Shown: in pieces, positions 8,939-18,089 of the stretch
How positions within the stretch are numbered: position 1 is the stretch's first letter
Layout of the letters: each line of letters opens with the position of its first letter
Origin: a virus
Direction: 5' to 3' (one strand)
IMG/VR virus record: IMGVR_UViG_3300008448_000033
Span: 21,592-85,591 of that record
Length of the DNA stretch: 64,000 bases
Program-made: the position numbers and the translations under genes
Notes under the pieces: generated by a model
Database searches by the model: none
Told to the model about the DNA's origin: nothing
Seen by the model: the letters and a program-made list of their open reading frames with translations, nothing else

Positions 8939-11776
8939 TTATCTTGTTTTGATTTTGAGATCACCGGCTTTAGATGATAACATATCAGATTTAAACTTTA
9001 CAGAATTAATTGTAAGTTTTTCCATTCCCGGTATTTGTATAATAATATCTGATCTATCTTGCACAACAATTTCTTGTGGATTGAAGTTACTGCTACCGTC
9101 ATTTTCTAGGCTCACTTCGGAAACAGTAAGACCAGATGGACCATCTTTGACTTTTAAGAAGATATCATAGTTTTTATTTTCTTCGTCTTTACCAACGTCA
9201 GCTTCTCTTACAAATGCCATAAGATCTTGCGGTTTCATTCGTCTAAGATTCTTGGTCAATACATTTCTTATTATACCATATACTTGTTCCATAGTTTCTT
9301 TATAAACGTCTGGATTCTTTTCTTTTGCAGAAACCATCCAAGCAGGAGCATCTAAAGTTTCATAATCTGGATCATACGTCTTATCTTTAAAATTACCTGT
9401 ATTTGTTTTTAACTTCTCTAGAAATGTCTTTCTACCAACAACCCACCAAGGATCTCCTTTTGGATTTCTAACTAGGCTATCATCTTCTGTGCCAAATCCA
9501 AGAACCTTGTTCATTTTGTATTCATTATCTTTCTCGCCAGTTGCATATTTAGCTGAAAGTCCAGCAGTTTTACCATCCACGGTTTTCAAAATAAAATCAG
9601 CTTTGTTATTTGTGCTACCAACTGATTCTGCACTAGCTATTTTACCAATCTTGTTTATAATAATTGGTTTTGCCTCAAGGGCAGATTGGAATAGATGTTT
9701 GTATTTATCGCTTTTTAATTTTTCTAGAACGTCTTCTCTGCTAGCATCTGGTCCTAAATCAATTCTATTCTTTAGTTGATCGGTTTCTTTTCCGGTCAAT
9801 ACAAAGCCAATTATATGCTCATAAGCTAGACCTTCACGTTCTGCTATATCGACTCTATAAAAGACTTTAGCGATTACTTCACCATCTTTCATTACGTTTG
9901 TTGTATCTCTTTTATCATCAAACTTTAAAATACGCTCATCGTGCAATTTATAACCGGCAGATTTTAAAGCTGATTTAATCTTAGATATACCTTTCTCAAG
10001 AGATTCATCATCCTCAAAGCGAACAGCTAAACTGTTTGGTGTTTTATTAGATGGTAAAACAGAAACAAATCCTTCTGGATTAGCAGAAGATATTTTTGAT
10101 GTAATTTTGCTTAATTCTTTTTCGTTGAGAGCTTCAAGGACTAAAGAAGAAATAATATTTTCAGATAAATTGTCTGATGGTTCTGTAAACTTTTCAATAT
10201 ATTTTGAATTTTTTAATAAATTTTCAGAGATATCTAATAAATTTAAAAAGCATTTTTCTAAATTTTTAAACTCTTTATTTGATGCTAAATAAAAAAATAA
10301 TTCATTCAGTTTGCCAATGGCGAATAAACCACTATAAGCTCCAATTCTTATCTGTTGTTTTTCGCCCTTAACAGATTCAGACTTAATAAAAATTATTTTA
10401 GGATCTGATTTTATATCGTTAATTGTTTTATTTACAATTTTTTCAAAATTGCTTACTGAGCTTTTATAATCACCAATAAATTTTTTTAAAGAATTAGGTA
10501 TTTCTTCCTCGTTTAAAGATTTGATGTCATTCATAAAGTCTTGATAAAACTTTTTTGATTCTTCAGAATTTTTGCTAATTAAGGTTTTTATGGTTTCTAA
10601 TTGTGTTTGTTCTATATTAGAAAAATCTATATTTTCAAATTGAAAATTTTTAATATTTTCTGCTATAGAAAATATTCTAGCATCCGTAGATTTTTTATTT
10701 GTTATTTTACCGATATGGTTTATAAATTTATCTAATAATTGAGGATAAAGAACTTTTTTTGGCTCTAAAATATCTACTAGTAAAAATACTTTTTCATCGT
10801 ATCTTGTAATAAGATTTTTTAATTTATAAAAGTAAGATTTAATTTTTTCTTCATTGTTGTATATGTTATTAGTTTGGTTACAAAAATCTTCAATTAATAT
10901 TGAAGACCATATTTCCCTGTCAGAAAAAGTTTTTTCATTAAAATATTCCTCTACTTTAGTAGAATCAATATCAAATATAGAATATAATTTTTTGTATCCA
11001 CCGCCAGCAGATTGATATAATTCTTTTTCTGTTTGATTTTTTAAAAACTCTTGGCTTGGACGAACGCTACCACCTCTATAAAAGTATTCACTTCCTCTTT
11101 TAACAGAAATTCCTTTTTCAATTCCATTAGATACTATATAAAGATCAGCAGATGTTTTATAAAAATATCTATCTCCTTTTTTTTCTTTTTGGTTAAGACC
11201 AACAAGATTTAAAAAATCTATATTTTTAATATCAATTTGATTTTTCAAAGACCAATCATCTATGTTGGCTTGAACAAATTTGTATGTCTCACCATGAAGT
11301 TTAGTTCTTTCAGACTCATCTGGTAAAAAATATTCTAAGGTGTCATTTATACATTTTTCGCTAGTATTGGAGCCATTAAATTTAATATTTGGTATCTTCA
11401 AATAATTTTTTTGACGTAAAAATTTTATAATAGATAAAGCAAGACTGTACTCAGCGGCAGATCCAATATCTGTTGGTACTATAACATCATCACAAATTTT
11501 TACTGCTTTCTTTTTTTTATCTGATTTAGGCTCTTCTTTAGGAACCTCTTGCGAGGATTCTGGTGGCATTACCTGTGTAGATGCTACTGCTGGCTTGGTC
11601 CCTATTTGATCGGTAAAAGTAGTTTTTCTTCTAATTATTGGTGGAACCGCTGTGATAGCTGGTTTCTCTGGTTTCTTTTTTGTTTCTACTAATTCTAAAA
11701 CAGATTCATAGATCAATTTATACTGATCGCTTTGTTTAAATAATTGTTCGTCTATAAATTGATCTAAATCTTTCAT
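8939..11776 (-). CDS. large protein with two putative PD-(D/E)xK nuclease domains
   Basis: GSAAE..SADLYIV..GISVK and GLAYE..KADFILK..GLSAK. Confidence 0.5.
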   Translation of the reverse strand: MKDLDQFIDEQLFKQSDQYKLIYESVLELVETKKKPEKPAITAVPPIIRRKTTFTDQIGTKPAVASTQVMPPESSQEVPKEEPKSDKKKKAVKICDDVIVPTDIGSAAEYSLALSIIKFLRQKNYLKIPNIKFNGSNTSEKCINDTLEYFLPDESERTKLHGETYKFVQANIDDWSLKNQIDIKNIDFLNLVGLNQKEKKGDRYFYKTSADLYIVSNGIEKGISVKRGSEYFYRGGSVRPSQEFLKNQTEKELYQSAGGGYKKLYSIFDIDSTKVEEYFNEKTFSDREIWSSILIEDFCNQTNNIYNNEEKIKSYFYKLKNLITRYDEKVFLLVDILEPKKVLYPQLLDKFINHIGKITNKKSTDARIFSIAENIKNFQFENIDFSNIEQTQLETIKTLISKNSEESKKFYQDFMNDIKSLNEEEIPNSLKKFIGDYKSSVSNFEKIVNKTINDIKSDPKIIFIKSESVKGEKQQIRIGAYSGLFAIGKLNELFFYLASNKEFKNLEKCFLNLLDISENLLKNSKYIEKFTEPSDNLSENIISSLVLEALNEKELSKITSKISSANPEGFVSVLPSNKTPNSLAVRFEDDESLEKGISKIKSALKSAGYKLHDERILKFDDKRDTTNVMKDGEVIAKVFYRVDIAEREGLAYEHIIGFVLTGKETDQLKNRIDLGPDASREDVLEKLKSDKYKHLFQSALEAKPIIINKIGKIASAESVGSTNNKADFILKTVDGKTAGLSAKYATGEKDNEYKMNKVLGFGTEDDSLVRNPKGDPWWVVGRKTFLEKLKTNTGNFKDKTYDPDYETLDAPAWMVSAKEKNPDVYKETMEQVYGIIRNVLTKNLRRMKPQDLMAFVREADVGKDEENKNYDIFLKVKDGPSGLTVSEVSLENDGSSNFNPQEIVVQDRSDIIIQIPGMEKLTINSVKFKSDMLSSKAGDLKIKTR

Positions 11777-11777
11777 T

Positions 11778-12431
11778 CTAGATTACCTCGTCTGCAATAC
11801 CTAGCTTAACTGCTTCTTCGGCAGATAAATAGATGTTGACATGTTTTTCAAACATTTTTTTAATTGTTTGTTCTGACATTTTTGTTTCTTTACGCAAAGC
11901 AGAAATATAGGCTTGTTGTGTAAAGTTAACCTCTTCCATTTCATTTTGTAGATTATGGATCGGTCCTTCATTACCGGCAGCAACTGAATGGATCATAATG
12001 CGGCAATGCTTACCAACCTTACGCTTGCCCTTTGTGCCAGAGGCTAGCAAAAGCACGCCAGCACTCATAACCTTACCTAAGCCAATTGTGTGGATCTCGC
12101 AAACGTTCTTTGTCCAGCGCATTGTATCATAGATAGCAAACATATCATTAGCAGATCCGCCATTTGTGCAGATATAGAAATTGATTGGATCATTTTTGAT
12201 TACGGTCTTTCCTCTAACTTTTTCTTCTTTCGCTCCAATGTCTCTAAGAGTTAATAGTGTTTTTACTAACTCACCAGATGTTTCCTCGCCAACGTCACCA
12301 AATAATCCAACATTTCTTGAAATTGAATCTTCTGGACCTTCAACAATAAATTGTTGGGGTACTACAACTTCTTCTTCTGCTACATCTTCCTGTACTTGTT
12401 CTTTTGTTTTTTTGCTTGTAAAAGTTTTCAT
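11778..12431 (-). CDS. clpP: ClpP-family protease
   Basis: ICTNGGS, GKVMSAGVLLLASGTKGKR, RIMIH, YLSAEEAVKLGIAD. Confidence 0.92.
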   Translation of the reverse strand: MKTFTSKKTKEQVQEDVAEEEVVVPQQFIVEGPEDSISRNVGLFGDVGEETSGELVKTLLTLRDIGAKEEKVRGKTVIKNDPINFYICTNGGSANDMFAIYDTMRWTKNVCEIHTIGLGKVMSAGVLLLASGTKGKRKVGKHCRIMIHSVAAGNEGPIHNLQNEMEEVNFTQQAYISALRKETKMSEQTIKKMFEKHVNIYLSAEEAVKLGIADEVI

Positions 12432-12790
12432 TTTCCCTTCTTTCCGAGTACAACGATCTTATGCTCTCCAGCACGATATTTGTGTTCAATTACGGTAGTT
12501 GGAAACTTATTTGCCCATTCGATCCATTCTTCTTTTGACTTAAAATTCTTTTTAAAGATAACAATTCTATAGTTTTCTTTAACATTCCATCCAATTGCAT
12601 TTTCTGACCAGTCTTTAAACAGATTATCTACTTCTTTCTTGCTTGTGAACCTCTGTACTTGCACTTTATAAACTACACTATTATCGACTTCTTCTGCTGA
12701 TTCTCTCCAAGCTGAAACATGCATACTGTTAGCTCCTTCGTTTTTTAACGGGCTTATAGTGTATGGTACCATCTTGCCAATACAAGTCAA
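12428..12790 (-). CDS. hypothetical protein (start may be internal, MHVSAW)
   Basis: ORF overlapping the clpP start. Confidence 0.55.
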   Translation of the reverse strand: MTCIGKMVPYTISPLKNEGANSMHVSAWRESAEEVDNSVVYKVQVQRFTSKKEVDNLFKDWSENAIGWNVKENYRIVIFKKNFKSKEEWIEWANKFPTTVIEHKYRAGEHKIVVLGKKGK

Positions 12791-12995
12791 TCTCGTTATT
12801 TAAGAATTTATGCACATAGTTTATGTATTTCTGCAAAGAATCTAACTTTGTCCGTTGCTGAAAAGCCCAGTTTACAACAGTGATAGCCATAAATAAACGT
12901 TCGGCTATGATAACATTATCTTCTTTCTTTTTATATTGATCGATAATGTTTTTTATGATCTGTTGTCTATCTGGACCAGCAGCGGATGTGTTCAT
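12729..12995 (-). CDS. hypothetical protein
   Basis: Operon packing. Confidence 0.55.
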   Translation of the reverse strand: MNTSAAGPDRQQIIKNIIDQYKKKEDNVIIAERLFMAITVVNWAFQQRTKLDSLQKYINYVHKFLNNEIDLYWQDGTIHYKPVKKRRS

Positions 12996-13000
12996 TGTAG

Positions 13001-13105
13001 TTACCTGATAATTTTCTTATTTCTCTTGACATGCTCAAAGAGAGTTTTGTTTAGTTTTTGTTCTTTTACTTCCTTAATCAATTCTTTTAAAAGTTTAATC
13101 AACAT
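13001..13105 (-). CDS. 34-aa peptide MLIKLLKELIKEVKEQKLNKTLFEHVKRNKKIIR
   Basis: Below the track cutoff; strong GGAGG SD; exactly fills the gap between neighbouring genes. Confidence 0.55.
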   Translation of the reverse strand: MLIKLLKELIKEVKEQKLNKTLFEHVKRNKKIIR

Positions 13106-13496
13106 TTTTATCTTCCTCCGATTTATTATTAATTAGATTACCAAAGTTTTCTTTCACTTCTTTATAAGTATTATATTTTAATTTGTAATGTAAATGTTTT
13201 TTTAAAGTACTCATGTATGTATCACCAAACTCATTCATTTTACGGTCATACACTTCTGCAATCTTAGCATACTCTTCTTGCTTCTCTGTATCTTCTTCTG
13301 CACATTTTTGAGATACTAATTCAAGTGCTTTTAAGCCATTATCATGCATCCTGCTAAGTTGCCCAAGTATGAAGTACGACATTTCTTCAAATATTTTAAG
13401 CGAATCTCTTACTGCTTCTTCTCTTGAGCTTCTATTCATATACTCTGAATACAAATAACCCATATAAAATACAAAAATATAAATCACAATCTGCAT
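13095..13496 (-). CDS. hypothetical protein with N-terminal TM helix
   Basis: Start revised to MQIVIYIFVFYMGYLY behind AAGAGG; the track start overlaps a terminator. Confidence 0.6.
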   Translation of the reverse strand: MQIVIYIFVFYMGYLYSEYMNRSSREEAVRDSLKIFEEMSYFILGQLSRMHDNGLKALELVSQKCAEEDTEKQEEYAKIAEVYDRKMNEFGDTYMSTLKKHLHYKLKYNTYKEVKENFGNLINNKSEEDKNVD

Positions 13497-13515
13497 TTTC
13501 AACCTCTTTTCAGCT

Positions 13516-13562
13516 AGTATAACATAAAAAAGTGCGCTGGTAATCTTTCTACCAGCGCACTT
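13516..13562 (-). terminator. intrinsic terminator overlapping a sigma70-type promoter
   Basis: AAGTGCGCTGGTA/TACCAGCGCACTT stem and U tract; TTACCA-16-(TGt)TATACT. Confidence 0.75.
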
Positions 13563-13584
13563 AAACATTTTATTAGAGATTAGT

Positions 13585-13854
13585 TTATTCTTCTAGTGCT
13601 TCTTTCAGGATGCCCTTTACGCTTTCTTGTGGAAGTGCGGTTAGGAATGCATAAAGAGCAGACTTTGGAATTTTTTGTTCATCTAATGCTTCAAGAAAAT
13701 CAACTACTGAATCTACGGTTACTGATTCTTCATCATCTGATGAATAGATTTCTAAATATTCATTTAGCAATCCATCTAGCTCATGTTCGCCAGACTCAAT
13801 CTTTTCTAATTCTTCAGCGATTAGTTCTTTAAGTTCGCCCTTTGTTATTTGCAT
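13585..13854 (-). CDS. acidic protein with head-targeting-like leader
   Basis: MQITKGELKELIAEELEKIE. Confidence 0.55.
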   Translation of the reverse strand: MQITKGELKELIAEELEKIESGEHELDGLLNEYLEIYSSDDEESVTVDSVVDFLEALDEQKIPKSALYAFLTALPQESVKGILKEALEE

Positions 13855-13866
13855 TTTATATCCTTA

Positions 13867-14853
13867 TTATACACCGTGCTTATTTGAAGATTTTGCAGGA
13901 GTTAAGTTACCAGTTTTGCCAGAACCCTTAGCCTCATTGCCTACCTTACCGCCAGCACCAAATGGTTTTTTACCTGCACCGTGGCCTTTTGGATTTGCTT
14001 TACCGCCACCTTTTGATGTTTCATGGAAAGGTGCGCCGCCTTTCTTTTGTGGACCTTGACCAGTTAATTTTGAGTGGGTTTTACCGTGTTTACCGCCAGC
14101 TTTTTTAGCTTCATTTGAAGGTGCGCCTGATTTGGCTTTCTTTTTCATCTTCATTTTTTCTTTGGCTGACATTGCTTTGCCTTTTGCGCGAGCTTCGGCA
14201 AGGATACGAGCCTTAACGCGAGCTAAAACAGCTTCGGTTAAATCAGTTGATTCGTGTACTGGTTTGCCGCTTTGGGCTTTAGAATCTTTCATACCTTTTC
14301 TTTCGCCGGGATCTTGTACTTTTTTCTTTTCCACTTCAGCTTGTTTTTTTTCGGCTTCAGATTGTTCTTCGTTCAAGTCTTCTTCGCCATAAAGACCTTC
14401 TTCCATTTCTGCTTCTTCACCTTCTTCATCTTCCATTTCTGGTTCTTCGCCTTCTTCATCTTCCATTTCTGGTTCTTCTTCTGAAGGTTCTTCCATATCT
14501 TCTTCACCAGCACCTTCTTCGACTTCAATGCCTAATTCTGGGAATTCACTACCAATGGCTTTGATGACTCTTGAAACAACTTCTTTCTCGCTACCGCCAC
14601 CAGCACCTTCCATGTCGAGTTCCATATCTTCGCCGCCCATATCGTCTTCGGCTTCTTCCATGTAATCGCCTTCTGGCATTTCTGGTTCCATCATATTTTC
14701 TTCTACTTCTTCACCACCAGCAACTTTCTTCATGCCCATACCTTCTTTGAGAACAGTGTTTTGCTCAACAAAGTTATCAGCAAATTTTTCCATATTTGCC
14801 AATTTCATAAAACGGCGGATAGTTCCCTCATCTAATCTTTTAGTATTGCTCAT
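13867..14853 (-). CDS. probable internal head/core protein, acidic N half and Lys/Gly-rich C tail
   Basis: IRRFMKLA motif, E/D-rich region, basic tail; late-type motif upstream. Confidence 0.55.
   Translation of the reverse strand: MSNTKRLDEGTIRRFMKLANMEKFADNFVEQNTVLKEGMGMKKVAGGEEVEENMMEPEMPEGDYMEEAEDDMGGEDMELDMEGAGGGSEKEVVSRVIKAIGSEFPELGIEVEEGAGEEDMEEPSEEEPEMEDEEGEEPEMEDEEGEEAEMEEGLYGEEDLNEEQSEAEKKQAEVEKKKVQDPGERKGMKDSKAQSGKPVHESTDLTEAVLARVKARILAEARAKGKAMSAKEKMKMKKKAKSGAPSNEAKKAGGKHGKTHSKLTGQGPQKKGGAPFHETSKGGGKANPKGHGAGKKPFGAGGKVGNEAKGSGKTGNLTPAKSSNKHGV
14401..14480. repeat. 30-bp coding tandem repeat (about 2.7 copies, EEPEMEDEEG)
   Basis: ttccatttctg(c/g)ttcttc(a/g)ccttcttcatc repeated. 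Confidence 0.8.
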
Positions 14854-14897
14854 ATATTATCTCCTAATAAAATGTTTATAAAGATATACTAATCTTT

Positions 14898-15158
14898 TTA
14901 TAAATAGTATTCTTTATCTAAATGTTCCTTAAATTTTTCTTTTGCCTCATCTTCTAATTGCTTTATACGCACAAAACTGTAATTCATGCGTTTTGCTACC
15001 TGCCTTAAAGTCATCGGTCCACCGTTCTTTTCAAGTGCAATATCAATACAATTTAAATCTTCTTCATAATCTATCCAAGATCTGCAATTTTCATTTGGGC
15101 ACGCCGTATCAAGCTCTTTACAAGTTTCTGTGCATGTTTTAAAACTATATAGTGTCAT
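14898..15158 (-). CDS. stand-alone sigma70 region-4-like HTH with Cys-rich N-terminus
   Basis: MTLRQVAKRMNYSFVRIKQLEDEAKEK; five Cys upstream. Confidence 0.65.
   Translation of the reverse strand: MTLYSFKTCTETCKELDTACPNENCRSWIDYEEDLNCIDIALEKNGGPMTLRQVAKRMNYSFVRIKQLEDEAKEKFKEHLDKEYYL
14901..14908 (-). promoter_or_regulatory. ACTATTTA putative late-promoter motif
   Basis: Upstream of 13867-14853. Confidence 0.55.
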
Positions 15159-15463
15159 AATTCTGAATTCTCCTTTGAAATTATATCAAATATATCTTGT
15201 ATTTCGCTTTCTTCTAGAGCAAAATCGTTTTTAACTTCATTAAATTGTTTTTCGTCTTTTTTAATTTTGTCTTGTAAACTAACTCTTTTATTAGTTTCTT
15301 GCAAAAGACTTATAATTCTTGGATCTCTTTCAAGATAGCCTTTTATGATAATATCAAAAAAAGCTGATTTAGATAATTTATCATAATCAAGTTGAATCTT
15401 TAGCTTTGCTAAAGTTGAATCTTCTTGGTCAATAAATAATCTAGAACCAGCTATTTTAAGCAT
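15155..15463 (-). CDS. hypothetical protein, possible ribbon-helix-helix DNA binder
   Basis: Beta-strand/helix/helix pattern LFIDQE..AKLKIQL..SKSAFFDIII. Confidence 0.4.
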   Translation of the reverse strand: MLKIAGSRLFIDQEDSTLAKLKIQLDYDKLSKSAFFDIIIKGYLERDPRIISLLQETNKRVSLQDKIKKDEKQFNEVKNDFALEESEIQDIFDIISKENSEL

Positions 15464-16484
15464 GTGGAGTTGTTTTCAAAATATGTGTGGAGCTTTCGTT
15501 CTGACCGGCACTTGTTTGCTTAATAAATTCAGCTTTTAGGTAAAGCTCTTCTATGTTTCTAGCCCCGCTGTAAGAAAGACCGCTGCGAATATTACCAACT
15601 AAATCGTTGAAAATGTTAGTAACAGATCCCTTGCAAGGAATCATTGTCGCAATACCTTCTGGAGCGGATGACTTTCCTCTCCATTCCTGTTGCGCTTCAC
15701 GGCTTGCCATACCACGGTAACTCTTAAATCTAGTGGCATGCAGTACCGATTCAACCACATTACCGGGAGCTTCATCTGTACCGGCTAAAAGGGAGCCAAG
15801 CATTACAAAATCAGCACCAGCAGCAAGAGCTTTAACAGCATCGCCAGCATTTTTAATGCCGCCATCAGCGATTACTGCTGCACGTATAGCAACAGAAGCA
15901 CATTCCATAATAGCTGTGAGATTTGGCACACCATGACCAGTTTGAATACGGGTAGAACAAATTGATCCACCGCCTATTCCTACCCGAATTGAGTCCGCTC
16001 CCCAAGCTTCTAGTCTTTCAAAAGCATGCCTAGTGGCTACGTTACCTGCCATGATATGGATAGATAAACCATACTTATCTCTAATAGATCTAATGGCATT
16101 TTTTACCATTATATGATCGCCGTGCGCCACATCAATGCAGATAAAATCTGCACCTGCACTTTGCAAAGCATCAACGCGGTCCATAAAATCGCCAGTAGTA
16201 CCGATAGCAGCACCAACTCGTTCACCTTCGCGCTTTACTGCTCTTACAATGTCTGCTTGTTCGCTAACGCTATTATAGCGATGAATTATCGCAACGCCGC
16301 CCAATTTAGATAGAGCAATAGCCATATCCTGACCTGATACAGTATCCATAGGACTGGCAATAACAGGAGAATCAAAAACTAAGTTTTTTCCCAGCGCGCT
16401 AGTGAGTGAAATTTCTGATCTTGATTCTATATCGCTGTACTTTGGAACTAACAGAACATCATCGTAGCTTAAAGTTTCTTTCAT
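15456..16484 (-). CDS. guaB: IMP dehydrogenase/GMP reductase family, no CBS domains
   Basis: [45 protein letters not shown]; start revised to MKETLS. Confidence 0.9.
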   Translation of the reverse strand: MKETLSYDDVLLVPKYSDIESRSEISLTSALGKNLVFDSPVIASPMDTVSGQDMAIALSKLGGVAIIHRYNSVSEQADIVRAVKREGERVGAAIGTTGDFMDRVDALQSAGADFICIDVAHGDHIMVKNAIRSIRDKYGLSIHIMAGNVATRHAFERLEAWGADSIRVGIGGGSICSTRIQTGHGVPNLTAIMECASVAIRAAVIADGGIKNAGDAVKALAAGADFVMLGSLLAGTDEAPGNVVESVLHATRFKSYRGMASREAQQEWRGKSSAPEGIATMIPCKGSVTNIFNDLVGNIRSGLSYSGARNIEELYLKAEFIKQTSAGQNESSTHILKTTPHA

Positions 16485-16708
16485 TTTTTCCTCTTTTCTT
16501 GACAATCTGGACAATAAAGATCCACTTTCTTCTGATCGCTAAAGACTTCGACAAACCAAGTCATAGCCATCTGTTTATCTTTTTTATCATATTGTTTCTG
16601 GCATGTCAAGCATTCGTTCGGTAAATTCAACATTAAATCTATTGTCGATGTTGTTTTCTTTCCAGCCATTTTGTTCAGCATCCGTCTTTGTTTTCTGTTC
16701 ATTGCCAT
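16481..16708 (-). CDS. small zinc-finger protein
   Basis: CLTC..CPDC; MNRKQRR N-terminus. Confidence 0.6.
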   Translation of the reverse strand: MAMNRKQRRMLNKMAGKKTTSTIDLMLNLPNECLTCQKQYDKKDKQMAMTWFVEVFSDQKKVDLYCPDCQEKRKK

Positions 16709-16973
16709 TTAAATATTCCTTATATTCTTCGCAGTCCTTTGGAAGTATTGTAACGATTGATTTAGTCGTTCTAGAATAAATAACAAATAAATCTTCATTT
16801 TTATAATTCACCATATGTAAACTTTTAGAATTCGTGTAAGTATTTATATGTTTGGTTTTGTTTTGCTTTATTAGCAGAATTATATTTTTTCTGTCATCGT
16901 GATTTAAAACCAGATTATAACGCTGTTTAGCCCTTTTGGCAGCGTGCTTGTGTCTTTTCTGTCTAACATTCAT
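16587..16973 (-). CDS. possible BECR/RelE-fold ribonuclease-like protein
   Basis: KHAAKRAKQRY...FVIYS..SIVTILP; has its own promoter and SD. Confidence 0.4.
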   Translation of the reverse strand: MNVRQKRHKHAAKRAKQRYNLVLNHDDRKNIILLIKQNKTKHINTYTNSKSLHMVNYKNEDLFVIYSRTTKSIVTILPKDCEEYKEYLNGNEQKTKTDAEQNGWKENNIDNRFNVEFTERMLDMPETI

Positions 16974-16987
16974 GTTTGCTCCAAATC

Positions 16988-17031
16988 AAAACCCACAGTA
17001 TGCATTATAACATACTGTGGGCTTAGATAAA
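16988..17031 (-). promoter_or_regulatory. promoter with TATAAT in the loop of a terminator hairpin
   Basis: CCCACAGTATG-tTATAATg-CATACTGTGGG-TTTT; TTTATC 16 nt upstream. Confidence 0.75.
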
Positions 17032-17041
17032 GCTCTATGAA

Positions 17042-17554
17042 TTATTTAGTTCCTGAACTGCCAAATCCGCTTGTTCCTCTAGTATTTTCAGAAATATCAA
17101 AGTTTTCTACCTGTTCAAGTTTGCTTTCCCAAACCTTTTGTACCGTGAACTGTGCAATCTTATCATGGTGATTAATGATCACGGTATTATTAGTACCGTT
17201 ATACACAACGATTCCCCAAGGACCAGTATAAAAACTGTCCACAAGACCAAGAATAACAAACTTGCCTTTGCTATTCATCCCAGACCTTCCACGAATATCA
17301 CACGCCCAACCTTTAGGGGGCATGATAGCCAGACCAGTTGGTACAATAACTGTTGCACCGGGATCAATATAGATGGGAGTTTCTGGTGTATCGCAAAATA
17401 AATCCCATGCCGCATCTTCAGAGTGCGCTTTCTGCGGTCCTTTAGCGGTTTTTGTTAATGGCTTCCATTGTAATACTGGTTTATAAAAATCTTCAAATTT
17501 CTTTGTCCACTCAGTTTCCTTACCATTTTCTGTATTAACATACCATGTTGTCAT
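17042..17554 (-). CDS. dut: trimeric dUTPase
   Basis: DAAWDL, GRSG, GLVDSFYTG, KIAQF, RGTSGFGSSG. Confidence 0.93.
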   Translation of the reverse strand: MTTWYVNTENGKETEWTKKFEDFYKPVLQWKPLTKTAKGPQKAHSEDAAWDLFCDTPETPIYIDPGATVIVPTGLAIMPPKGWACDIRGRSGMNSKGKFVILGLVDSFYTGPWGIVVYNGTNNTVIINHHDKIAQFTVQKVWESKLEQVENFDISENTRGTSGFGSSGTK

Positions 17555-17802
17555 TGTTGCTCCTTAATAGGTTCTTTATACATTTCGTACCAAAAATAAA
17601 CACATTCATTCGCTTTTGGATATTTTTCATAATGCTCAGTTAGTTTTCTTTTGATATCTTCATTAGAAAAACAAGCATATGAGGTATACATTTTACCATA
17701 GTTACAGGCTTGCTCATCAAAAATCATTTCTGGAAATGGTGTTCCTTTTTTGTGAGTTGATACTTTAAGTGTTATCGCTGTTGGGGTTTCTGGGTCTATC
17801 AT
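17551..17802 (-). CDS. hypothetical protein
   Basis: ATGA overlaps on both sides. Confidence 0.55.
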   Translation of the reverse strand: MIDPETPTAITLKVSTHKKGTPFPEMIFDEQACNYGKMYTSYACFSNEDIKRKLTEHYEKYPKANECVYFWYEMYKEPIKEQQ

Positions 17803-18089
17803 CTCATAGCCTCTGCTTTCTTTTTCATTTGTCTTGCAAGATCTTCAAGTTTATAGGCAGCATCCATAAGAACTTTTTTACTGCCTAAATTGTGATCTAT
17901 AGAAACAACAGTATCGGCTAATTTAATTTTAGTACCTTCATGCTCAAAAACGACAGATGACTTAGAAACTACCTCGCTATTTTCTAATACTTCCACATCT
18001 TCATGCATTAATCTCCAAAACATTTTGTCTCCCTTATATTCCGATTGCTCTAATTCATTTCTCATAAACCAATCTTTTGTTCTGCTCAT
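17799..18089 (-). CDS. hypothetical protein
   Basis: ATGA overlap with dnaE; SD GAGG. Confidence 0.55.
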   Translation of the reverse strand: MSRTKDWFMRNELEQSEYKGDKMFWRLMHEDVEVLENSEVVSKSSVVFEHEGTKIKLADTVVSIDHNLGSKKVLMDAAYKLEDLARQMKKKAEAMR

